DNA of 64,000 nt from an uncultured Gemmatimonadales bacterium. Its GTDB lineage: Bacteria > Gemmatimonadota > Gemmatimonadetes > Longimicrobiales > Longimicrobiaceae. Positions within the stretch are counted from its first letter, which is position 1; each line of letters starts with the position of its first letter. The position numbers and the translations under genes were made by a program. Shown one piece after another: positions 46,901 through 58,900 of this stretch. Where the stretch lies: assembly GCA_963716255.1 (NCBI GenBank), contig OY970303.1, forward strand, positions 2,368,001 to 2,432,000, in the 5' to 3' direction. The notes beneath the pieces were generated by a model, which worked only from the letters and a program-made list of their open reading frames with translations, had not been told where the DNA came from and searched no databases.

Positions 46901-49900
46901 GGATCGGCCGCCATCGCCTCCAGGAGCACCTCCAGGTGCCCCGCCATCCGCGCGACCGTCTCCGCTTCGAACAGCGCCTCGCGGTAGTCGATCGCGCCGC
47001 CCAGCGCCTCGCCCGCGTCCTGGATCGCGAGCTCCAGGTCGAACTTCGCCACGCCGGCCCCGCTCTCGAACGGCTCCAGCTCCAGCGAGCCCAGCGAGAG
47101 CTGCTCTTCCGCGCTGGCCTTCTGGAGCGCGAAGGCGACCTGGAAGACGGGGGTGTGCGTCAGGCTGCGCTCGACGCCCAGCTCCTCGACCAGGCGCTCG
47201 AAGGGCAGCTCCTGGTGCGCGTACGCGCCCAGCGCCGCCGCCCGCGTCCGCTCCAGCAGCTCGCTCCAGGTGGGATCGCCCGCCAGCTCCGCCCGCAGCG
47301 AGAGCATGTTGACGAAGAAGCCGATCAGCCCCTCCGCCTCGCGCCGGTTCCGCCCCGCGATGGGGCTGCCGACCACCACGTCGTCCTGCCCCGCGTAGCG
47401 GCCCAGCAGCGCCTGCCAGCCGGCAAGCACGGTCATGAACAGCGTGGTGCCCTCGCGCCGCGAGAGCGCCCGTAGCCCCTCCGAGAGCCCGCGCGGCAGA
47501 GCGAAGCGGTGGCTCTCCGCGACCGGGCTCTGCCCCAGCCCGCGCGGGTGATCGGTGGGGATCTCCAGCAGCGGCGGCACGCCGGCGAGCGCCTGCTTCC
47601 AGTAGCCGATCTGCTCCTCCAGCACTTCACCGCTGAGCCACGCGCGCTGCCACACGGCGAAGTCGGCGTACTGCACCGGCAGCTCGGGGAGGTCCGGCTC
47701 CTCGCCCCGGCCGAAGGCGGCGTAGAGGGCGGAGACCTCGCGCACCAGCACCTGCATGCTCCAGCCGTCGCTGACCACGTGGTGCAGCGTGAAGAGCAGC
47801 ACGTGCTCCTCCTCGTCCAGGCGCAGCAGCGTGCTCCGCAGCAGCGGCCCGCGCGCCAGGTCGAAGGCCAGCAGCGCCTCCTCGGACGCAAGCCGCTCGG
47901 CCCCGGCCTCGCGCTCGGCTTGCGGCAGATCGCGCAGGTCCAGCTCCCTGAGCTCGACGGACGCGGCCGGGTGGATGACCTGCACGGGGACGCCGCCCCG
48001 CTCCGCGAACGTGGTGCGCAGCGTCTCGTGGCGCCGCACCAGCGCGTCCAGGCTGGCCCGCAGCGCCGCGGCGTCCAGCTCACCCGTCAGGCGTAGCGCG
48101 AAGGGCATGTTGTAGGCGGCGCTGCCCGGGTCCAGCCGGTCAACCAGCCACAGCCGCTGCTGCGCGAACGACAGCGGCAGCTGCTCCTCCCGCGACACCC
48201 GGACGATCGGCGGCGCCGTCGAAGCGCCCGCGCTGCGCAGCGACTCGATGCGCGCGGCCAGTCCCGCCACCGTGGGCGCCTCGAAGAGCGCCCGAAGCGG
48301 CAGCTCCACCCCGAACGCCTGCCGCGCACGCGACACCACCTGCGTCGCCAGCAGCGAGTGGCCGCCCACGTCGAAGAAGCCGTCTTCCACCCCCAAGCGG
48401 TCCAGGCGCAGCACCTCCGCCCAGATCCCCGCCAGCACCTCCTGGACCGGCGTCCACGGTGCCACGTACCCCGCCTCCGCCACGTGCTCCGGCGCGGGCA
48501 GCGCGCCGCGGTCCACCTTGCCGTTGGCGTTGAGCGGCAGCCGCTCCAGCACCACGAAGGCGGAGGGCACCATGTAGTCCGGCAGGCGCGCCGCCAGCCG
48601 CGCCCGAAGCTCTGCCGGCGCGACCTCCACGCCCTCCGCCGGAACCACGTAGGCGCTCAGCCTCTTCTGACCCGGCGCGTCCTCCCTCACCGTCACGAAC
48701 GCTTCGCCGACCTCCTCAAGCCCGGAGAGCACCGCTTCCACCTCCCCCGGCTCGATTCGGAAGCCGCGGATCTTGACCTGCGCGTCCATCCGCCCCAGGT
48801 ACTCGATCTCCCCCGCGGCCGTCCACCGCACCCGGTCGCCCGTGCGGTACAGCCGCGCGCCCGCCGCCCCGAACGCGTCCGGGAGGAAGCGCTCTGCCGT
48901 CAGAGCTGCCTGCCCCAGGTAGCCGCGCGCGGTCCCCAGCCCGCCGATGTACAGCTCGCCCGGCACGCCCGCCGGCAGCGGCTGCCCACCCGCGTCCAGC
49001 ACGTACAGCGTGGTGTTCCTCAGCGGCCCGCCGATGGGCACCGTCGCTGCTGCGGCCTCGACGCTTCGCACGTGCTGCCAGCTGGCGTAGGTCGTCGTCT
49101 CCGTCGGCCCGTAGACGTGCAGCAGCCGCCCCGGCGCGCCCGTCTCCAGCACGCGCCGCACGCTCTGCGGGTCCACCGCCTCCCCGCCGAAGAGCAGGTG
49201 GCGCAGCGTGGCAAACGCCGCCGGCTCGTCGTTGGCGATGCGGTTGAACAGCGCCGTAGTCAGGAACAGCGCACTGACTTCCCGCTCCCGCAGCGCCACC
49301 ACGAACTCGGCCGGCGAGAGCGTCACTTCACGCTCGAAGACGGCGAGGGAGCCGCCGTTCAGCAGCGCGCCCCAGATCTCGAAGGTGGCCGCGTCGAAGG
49401 CCAGGTTGGAGGCATGGGCGATCCGCTCCGACGGCCCGAAGGGCACGTAAGGGGTCTCGCGCACCAGGCGCACCACGGACTCGTGCGCCACCGCCACGCC
49501 CTTGGGACGCCCGGTCGAGCCGGAGGTGTAGATGACGTACGCCAGCTGCCCGGGGTGAGACGCGACGAGCGGTGCCGTCTCCGGCAAGGTCGTCAGCACA
49601 TCCGTGGTCGCCGCGTCGTCCAGCCACAGCGCTTCGACCCCGGCGGAGAGCTGCGCACCGGCGGCGGCGTTGGTCAGGACCAGCGAGACGCCCGCGTCGG
49701 CGAAGACCTCGCGCAGGCGCTCGGCCGGGTTGGAGGGGGCAAGCGGCACATATGCGCCGCCGGCCTTGAGGATGCCCAGCATCGCCAGCACGGCGTCGAT
49801 GCCGCGCTCGAAGCACATCCCCACGCGCGCCTCCGGGCCGACACCGCGCTGCATCAGCAGGTGCGCCAGCCGGTTGGCCCTGCGCTCCAGCTCCGTGTAG

Positions 49901-52900
49901 GTGACCGTCTCCTCGCCGGAATCGATCGCAACCGCAGCGGGCGTGCGTGCGGCCTGCTCGGCGAACAGCTCGTGGATGCCGGCCTGCGGGAGCGCCGCGG
50001 CGGTGGCGTTCCACGCCTCCAGCACCTGCGTGCGCTCCGCCCCGTGCAGCAGCGACACCTCGGACAGACGGCGCCCGGGCTCGGCCGCCATCGCCTCCAG
50101 CAGCGTCTCCAGGTGCCCCGCCATCCGCGCCACCGTCTGCGCCTCGAACAGCGCTCCACGATAGGCCAGCGTCGCGGCCAGCGTTTCCGCCTGGTCTGAG
50201 ACCGTCAGCTCCAGGTCGAACTTCGCCACGCCCAACCCGCCCCCGATCGGCGCCAGATCCAGGTCGCCCAGCGACAGCTGCCCCTCCGCGCGGGCCTTCT
50301 GCAGCGCGAAGGTGACCTGGAAGACGGGCGTGTGCGTCAGGCTGCGCTCGGCGCCCAGCTCCTCCACCAGGCGCTCGAAGGGCAGCTCCTGGTGGTCGAA
50401 GGCGCCAAGCGCCGCCGCGCGCGTCCGCCCCAGCAGCTCGGTCCAGGTGGGATCGCCAGCCAGGTCCGCACGCAGACTGAGCATATTGACGAAGAAGCCG
50501 ATCAGCCCCTCCACCTCGTGGCGGTTCCGCCCCGAGATGGGGCTGCCGACCACCACATCCCCCTGACCCGCGTAGCGGGCCAGCAGCGCCTGCCAGCCGG
50601 CGAGCACGGTCATGAACAGCGTCGCACCCTCACGCTGCGAGAGCACCCGCAGCCCGTGCGACAGCTCGGGCGAGAGGGTGAAGGGATGGACCTCCGCGAT
50701 CGGGCTCTGCCCCAGCCCGCGGGGGTGATCCGTGTGGATTTCCAGCAGCGGGGGGGCGCCGGCCAGCGCGTCCTTCCAGTAGTCGATCTGCTCGTCCAGG
50801 GTCTCGCCGGAGAGCCAGGCGCGCTGCCACACCGCGTAGTCGGCGTACTGCGCCGGGAGCTCCGCCAGCTGCGGCTCCTCCCCACGGCTGAAGGCGGCGT
50901 AGAGTACGGAGACCTCGCGCACCAGCACCTGCATGCTCCACCCGTCGCTGACCACGTGGTGCATGGTGAAGAGCAGCACGTGCTCCTCCACGTCCACTCG
51001 CAGCAGCGTGCTCCGCAGCAGCGGCCCGCGCGCCAGGTCGAAGGGCAGCAGCGTCTCCTCGGAAGCCAGCCGCTCCACCTCGGCCTCGCGCTCGGCTTGC
51101 GGCAGGTCGCGCAGGTCCAGCTCCCGCAGCGCAACCGGCGTAGCGGGGTGGATGACCTGCACGGGGACGCCGCCCTGCTCCGCGAACGTGGTCCGCAGCG
51201 TCTCGTGACGCGCCACCAGCGCGTCCAGGCTCGCCCGCAGCGCCACCGTGTCCAGCGCGCCCCGCAGCCGCAGCGCACCGGGCATGTTGTAGGCGGGGCT
51301 CCCCGGCTCCATCTGGTCGACCACCCACAGCCGCTGCTGTGCGTACGACAGCGGCAGCGGCTCGTCGCGCGGGATCCGCTCGATCGGCGGCGCCAGCAGG
51401 GCGCCCGTGGCGCGCAGCGCCTCGATGCGCTCGGCGAGGGCGGCCACCGTCGGCGCCTCGAACAGCGCCCGCAGCGGAAGCTCCACCCCGAACGCCTGCC
51501 GCGCACGCGAGACCACCTGCGTAGCCAGCAGCGAGTGCCCGCCCAGCTCGAAGAAGCCCTCCTCCACGCTCACCCGCTCCACGCCCAGCACCGCAGCCCA
51601 GATCCCCGCCAGCACCTCCTCGGTCGGCGTCCGCGGCGCCACGTAGCGCTCCTCTCCCGCCCCGTATTCCGGCGCCGGCAGCGCCCTGGCGTCCAGCTTG
51701 CCGTTGGGGGTGAGCGGCAGCACATCGAGCCCCACGAACGCCGCCGGCACCATGTACTCCGGCAGGCTCCGGCGCAGGTGGTCGCGCAGCGCGTCCGCCT
51801 CCGCCCCGCCCACCACGTACGCCACCAGGCGCTGCTCGCCCGGCATGCCGAAGGCAGGATCCTCGCGCACGATCACCCGCGCCTCGCGAACCTCCGCGTG
51901 CGCGCACAGCACCGCCTCGATCTCGCCCGGCTCGATGCGGAAGCCGCGCACCTTGACCTGCTCGTCCACGCGCCCGACGAACTCCAGGCGCCCGTCCGTG
52001 CTCCAGCGCAGCCGGTCGCCCGTGCGGTACATCCGCGCGCCCGCCTCCGTGCTGAACGGATTGGCGACGAAGCGCTCCGCCGTCAGCTCCGGGCGCTCCA
52101 GGTAGCCGCGCACCACGCCGTCGCCGCCGACGTACGCCTCGCCCGGCACGCCCACCGGCACCGGCTCCAGCGCAGAGTCCAGCAGGTAGATCCGCTGGTT
52201 GCCCGTCGCGCGGCCCACGGAGACGGTCAGCGCGTCCTCCGCTACGTGCTCCACCTGCTCGTACGAGCACCAGGCGGTGGTCTCCGTCGGCCCGTACATG
52301 TGGAGCAGCCGCCGCGGCTTGCCCGCCGCGAGCAGACGCCGCACGCTGTCCGCGTCCGCCGCCTGCCCGCCGAAGAGCACTTCCCGCAGCGGCGCGAAGA
52401 TGTCCGGCTGCTCGCGCGAGAGCTGGTTCAGCAGCGCCGTCGTCTGGTAGAGCGTGGTGATGCGCTCCTCGCGCAGCGTCTCGCGGAAGGCGGCGGGCGA
52501 GAGGAGCACGTCGCGCGCGATGCCGACGAGGGTGGCGCCGTTCATGAGCGCCCCCCAGGCCTCGAAGGTCAGCGCGTCGAAGCTCGCGTTGGACGCCTGC
52601 GCGATGCGGTCGCCCGGGCCGAACTGCACGTAGTCCGTTGCCACGGCGAGCTGCACCACGTGGCGGTGGGCCACCATCACGCCCTTGGGCCGGCCGGTGC
52701 TCCCGCTGGTGTAGACGATGTACGCCAGGTTCTCGGCAGTCGCACCGCTGCGCGGCGCCTCCGTGGACTCGCGGGCGAGCGCGTCGGCAACGCGGTCGAG
52801 GAGAACGAGCGAGACGTCGCCTGCCTCCGCGGCGAAGGCGACGTCGCTGCGGCTGAGCAGCACGCGCACGCTGCTGTCGTCCAGCATCATCCGGAGGCGC

Positions 52901-55900
52901 TCGGCCGGGTAGCCCGGGTCCAGCGGCACGTAGCAGCCGCCGGCCTTGAGCACGGCAAGGATCGAGACGATCAGCTCCACGCCGCGCTCCAGCAGCACTC
53001 CGACCCGACTCTCCGGCCCGACTCGGAGGCCGCCCAGGTGGTGCGCCAGCTGGTTCGCACGCGCGTCCAGCTCCCGGTAGGACAGCTCGACGCCGCCCCA
53101 CACCAGCGCCGGTGCGTCGGGCCTCTCCCGCACCTGCGCCTGGAACAGCTCGTGGATGCAGACACCGCGCGGGTACGGCCGCGCCGTCCGGTTCCACGCC
53201 TCCACCACCTGCGCGCGCTCGGCTCCGCTCAGCAGCGACAGCTCCGAGAGGCGCCGCTCGGGCGTGGAGACCATCGTCTCCAGCATCGTCTCCAGGTGCC
53301 CCGCCATCCGCTCGATCGTCGCCGCCTCGAACAGCCCAGCGCGGTAGGTCAGCGCACCCTCCAGAGCTTCCCCGCCGTCCTGGACCGTCAGGTCCAAGTC
53401 GAACTTGGCGACCCCTTCCCTCGCTCCGAACGGCTCGGTGGCCAGCTCGCCCAGCGCGAGCTCCTCGTGCCCGGCCGTGCGGTCCAGCGCGAACGTCACC
53501 TGGAAGACGGGCGCGTGCGCCAGGCTGCGCTCCACGTCCAGCTCTTCCACCAGCCGCTCGAAGGGCAGCTCCTGGTGCGCGTATGCCCCCAGCGCCCTGT
53601 CCCGCACTCGCTCCAGCAGCTCGCGCCAGGTGGGATCCCCACCCAGGTCGGCGCGAAGCGCCAGCATGTTGACGAAGAAGCCGATCAGTCCCTCCGTCTC
53701 CACCCGCGTGCGCCCCGCGATGGGGCTGCCGACGACCACGTCGTCCTGCCCGGCGTAGCGGCCCAGCAGCGCCTGCCACCCGGCCAGCACGGTCATGAAC
53801 AGCGTGGTCCCTTCGCGCCGCGAGAGCGTCCGCAGCCCTTCCGAATGGCCGAGCTGGAGGGCGAAGCCGCGGGTCGCCGCGAGCGGGCTCCGCCCGGGTG
53901 CGCGCGGGTGGTCCGTGGGGATCTCCAGCAGCGGGGGGGCGCCGCGCAGCTGTTCCTTCCAGAAGCCGATCTGCTCTTCCAGCACCTCGCCGGACAGCCA
54001 CGCGCGCTGCCACACGGCGAAGTCGGCGTACTGCACCGGCAGCTCGGGGAGGTCCGGCTCCTCGCCGCGGCTGAAGGCTCCGTAGAGCGCCGAGACCTCG
54101 CGCACCAGGACGTTCACGCTCCAGCCGTCGCTGACCACGTGGTGCAGCGTGAAGAGCAGCACGTGCTCCTCCTCGCCCAGGCGCAGCAGCGTGCTCCGCA
54201 GCAGCGGCCCGCGCGCCAGGTCGAACGGACGCAGCGCCTCCTCGGACGCAAGCCGCTCCACCTCGCGCGCGAGTGCCGCGGCCGGCAGGCTCCGCAGGTC
54301 GAGTGCGTGCAGCGCCACCGCCGCGGCCGGGTGGATGACCTGCACCGGCACGCCGCCGTCCTCGGAGAACGTGGTGCGCAGCGTCTCGTGCCGCCGCACC
54401 AGCGCGTCCAGACTGGCCCGCAGTGCCGCCGTGTCCAGCGCGCCCCGCAGCCGCAGCGCGAAGGGCATGTTGTAGGCGGCGCTCCCCGGCTCCAGCCGGT
54501 CCACCACCCACAGCCGCTGCTGCGCGAACGAGAGAGGCAGCGGCGTCCCGGGGCTCCTCCTGCGGATCTCCTCGGGGTCGCGCTCCGCCTCCACCCCCGC
54601 CTCCACCCCCGCCTGCATCCACTTCTGGAGGAGGCGGCGGCGCTCGGGGGAGAGCCGGTCCAGCCTGTCCAGCCGGTCCGTGATGGCCAGGTGCCTCATC
54701 ACTTCCCCGTCGGACAGCTCCTCCGGCCGCTCCAGCATCGCGTCCAGCCGCCCGGCCAGCTCCGCCACCGTGGGCGCCTCGAACATGGCCCGTAGCGGAA
54801 GCTCCACCCCGAACGCCTGCCGCGCACGCGAGACCACCTGCGTAGCCAGCAGCGAGTGCCCGCCCAGCTCGAAGAAGCCCTCCTCCACGCTCACCCGCTC
54901 CACGCCCAGCACCGCAGCCCAGATCCCCGCCAGCACCTCCTCGGTCGGCGTCCGCGGCGCCACGTAGCGCTCCTCTCCCGCCCCGTATTCCGGCGCCGGC
55001 AGCGCTTTGACGTCCAGTTTGCCGTTGGGGGTGAGCGGCAGCATATCGAGCCCCACGAACGCCGCCGGCACCATGTACTCCGGCAGGCTCCGGCGCAGGT
55101 GGTCGCGCAGCGCGTCCGCCTCCGCCCCGCCCACCACGTACGCCACCAGGCGCTGCTCGCCCGGCATGCCGAAGGCAGGATCCTCGCGCACGATCACCCG
55201 CGCCTCGCGAACCTCCGCGTGCGCGCACAGCACCGCCTCGATCTCGCCCGGCTCGATGCGGAAGCCGCGCACCTTGACCTGCTCGTCCACGCGCCCGACG
55301 AACTCCAGGCGCCCGTCCGTGCTCCAGCGCAGCCGGTCGCCCGTGCGGTACATCCGCGCGCCCGCCTCCGTGCTGAACGGATTGGCGACGAAGCGCTCCG
55401 CCGTCAGCTCCGGGCGCTCCAGGTAGCCGCGCACCACGCCGTCGCCGCCGACGTACGCCTCGCCCGGCACGCCCACCGGCACCGGCTCCAGCGCAGAGTC
55501 CAGCAGGTAGATCCGCTGGTTGCCCGTCGCGCGGCCCACGGAGACGGTTAGCGCGTCCTCCGCTACGTGCTCCACCTGCTCGTACGAGCACCAGGCGGTG
55601 GTCTCCGTCGGCCCGTACATGTGGAGCAGCCGCCGCGGCTTGCCCGCCGCGAGCAGACGCCGCACGCTGTCCGCGTCCGCCGCCTGCCCGCCGAAGAGCA
55701 CTTCCCGCAGCGGGGCGAACACGTCCGGCTGCTCGCGCGCGAGCTGGTTCAGCAGCGCGGTCGTCTGGTACAGCGTCGTGATGCGCTCCGCGCGCAGCGC
55801 CTCGCGGAACGCGGCCGGCGAGAGGAGCACGTCGCGCGCGATGCCGACGAGGGTGGCGCCGTTCATGAGCGCCCCCCAGGCCTCGAAGGTCAGCGCGTCG

Positions 55901-58900
55901 AAGCTGGCGTTGGAGGCCTGCGCGACACGGTCGCCCGGCTGGAAGCGGACGTAGTCGGTTTCAACGGCGAGCTGCACGACGTGGCGGTGGGCGACCATGA
56001 CGCCCTTGGGACGGCCCGTGCTCCCGCTGGTGTAGACGATGTACGCCAGGTTCTCCGCCGTCGCCCCGCTGCGCGGCGCCTCCGTGGACTCGCGGGCGAG
56101 CGCGTCGGCAACGCGGTCGAGGAGGACGACCGAGACGTCGCCCGCCTCCGCGGCGAAGGCGACGTCGCAGCGGCTGAGCAGCACGCGCACGCTGCTGTCC
56201 TCCAGCATCATGCGCAGGCGCTCGGCCGGGTAGCCCGGGTCCAGCGGCACGTAGCAGCCGCCCGCCTTGAGCACCGCCAGGATGGAGACGATCAGCTCCA
56301 CCCCGCGCTCCAGCAGCACGCCCACCCGGCTCTCCGGCCCGACTCCAAGGCCGCCCAGGTGGTGCGCAAGCTGGTTCGCCCGCGCGTCCAGCTCACGGTA
56401 GGACAGCTCGATGTCGCCCCAGACCAGTACGGGCGCCTCGGGCCTCTCCTGCACCTGCAGCTCGAACAGCTCGTGGATGCAGACGCCGCGCGGGTACGGA
56501 CGCGCGGTCCGGTTCCATTCCTCCACCACCTGCGCGCGCTCGGCTCCCCTCAGCAGCGACAGCTCCGAGAGGCGCCGCTCGGGCGTGGAGACCATCGTCT
56601 CCAGCATCGTCTCCAGGTGCCCCGCCATGCGCGCAATCGTGTCCGCTTCGAAGAGCGCGGCGCGATAGGTCAGCGTCCCCGCGAGCGCCTCCCCGGCGTC
56701 GCGAAGAGCCAGGTCCAGGTCGAACTTGGCGGCACCTTCGCCTGCCCCGAACGGCTCGGCCGCCAGCTCACCCAGTACGAGCCCCGCGTGCACGGTCGAG
56801 CGTTCCAGCTCGAAGGTGACCTGGAAGACCGGGGCATGCGTCAGGCTGCGCTCCACGGCCAGCGCCTCCACCAGGCGCTCGAAGGGGAGGTCCTGGTGCT
56901 CGTAGACCCCCAGCGCCATCTCCGACACCCGCCCCAGCAGCTCGGTCCAGGTGGGATCGCCCGCCAAGTCGGCGCGAAGCGCCAGCATGTTGACGAAGAA
57001 GCCGATCAGCCCCTCCGTCTCACCCCGGGTGCGCCCCGCGATGGGGGTGCCCACCACCACGTCATCCTGCCCCGCGTAGAGTCCGAGCAGCGCCTGCCAC
57101 GCCGCCAGCGTGGTCATGAACAGCGTGGCCCCCTCGCGCCGCGAGAGCGCCCGCAGCCCCTGCGACACCTCCGCCGGGAGGGTGAAGCGGTGGGTCCCCG
57201 CACGCGCGCTCTGCCCCGCCCCGCGCGGGCGGTCCGTGGGGATCTCCAGCAGCGGGGAGGCGCCTCGCAGCTTTTCTCGCCAGAAATCGACCTGCGCCTC
57301 CAGCACGTCGCCGGCGAGCCACGCGCGCTGCCACACCGCGAAGTCGGCGTACTGCACCGGCAGCTCCGGAAGCCGCGGCTCCTCGCCCCGGCTGAAGGCG
57401 CCGTACAGGGCGGAGACCTCGCGCACCAGCACCTGCATGCTCCAGCCGTCGCTGACCACGTGGTGCAGGTTGAAGAGCAGCACGTGCTCCTCCTCGTCGA
57501 GGCGCAGCAGCGTGCTCCGGAGCAGCGGCCCGCGCGCCAGGTCGAACGGCCGCAGCGACTCCTCGACCGCCAGCCGCTCGGCCTCCGCCTCGCGCTCCGC
57601 TTCCGGGAGCGCTCCCAGCTCCAGTTCCACCAGCTCCACCGGGGCGGAGGGGTGGACGATCTGCACGGGCACGCCGCCGTCTTCGGAGAACGTGGTGCGC
57701 AGCGTCTCGTGCCGCTGCACCAGCGCGTCCAGGCTCGCCCGCAGCGCCGCCACGTCCAGCACGCCCCGCAGCCGCAGCGCGCCCGGCATGTTGTACGCGG
57801 CGCTCCCCGGCTCCAGCCGGTCCACCACCCACAGCCGCTGCTGCGCGAAGGACAGCGGCAGCGGCTCCGTCCTGGAGACCCGCTCGATCACCGGCGCCGG
57901 CGAGGTGGCCGCGCCGCGCAGCGCCACGATGCGCGCGGCCAGCGCCGCCACGGTGGGTGCCTCGAACAGCGCCCGCAGCGGCACCTCCACCCCGAACGCC
58001 TGCCGCGCACGCGACACCACCTGCGTCGCCAGCAGCGAGTGCCCGCCCAGGTCGAAGAAGCCCTCTTCCACTCCGACCCGCTCCCGCCGCAGCACCCCGG
58101 CCCAGATCCCCGCGAGGACCTCCTCGGCCTGCGTCCGCGGTGCCACGTACTCCCCCTCCGCCCCCCACCGGGGGTCCGGCAGCGCCCGCCGGTCCACCTT
58201 GCCGCTGACGCCGAGCGGCAGCGCCTCCAGCACCACGAACGCGCCCGGCACCATGTACTGCGGGAGCGCGGCCGCCACGTGCGCCCGCAGCGCGGACCCC
58301 ACGAGCTCCGCCCCTTCCTCCGCCACCACGTAGGCCACCAGGCGCTGCGCGTCCGCACGCACCACCACCACGGCCTCCCGCACTTCCGGGTGCGCGCGCA
58401 GCACCGCCTCGATCTCCCCCGGCTCGATGCGGAAGCCGCGCAGCTTGACCTGCTCGTCCATGCGCCCCAGGTACTCCAGCTCCCCCCCGGCCAGCCAGCG
58501 CGCCCGGTCGCCCGTGCGGTACATCCGCGCGCCCGGCTCCGGAGCGTAGGGATCGGGGACGAACCGCTCCGCCGTCAGCTCCGGCCGCCCGTGGTAGCCG
58601 CGCGCCGTGCCGGCTCCGCCCAGGCACAGCTCCCCGGCGATGCCGATGGGAACCGGACTCGCCACCGGGTCCAGCACGTACGCCCGCGAGTTGGCCACCG
58701 GGCGCCCGATGCGCACCCGCTCCGCCCCTCTCTCCACAATGCTCCAGGTGGAGTAGACGGTGTCCTCCGTGGGGCCGTACAGGTTGAGCACCCGCTCCGT
58801 CTCCGGACGGGCGTACAGCTCCCGCACCAGCCAGGCCGGCAGCGCCTCGCCGGCCAGGTTGAAGGCGCGCACGCTCGCCGGGATGCCGCCGCTGCGCAGC

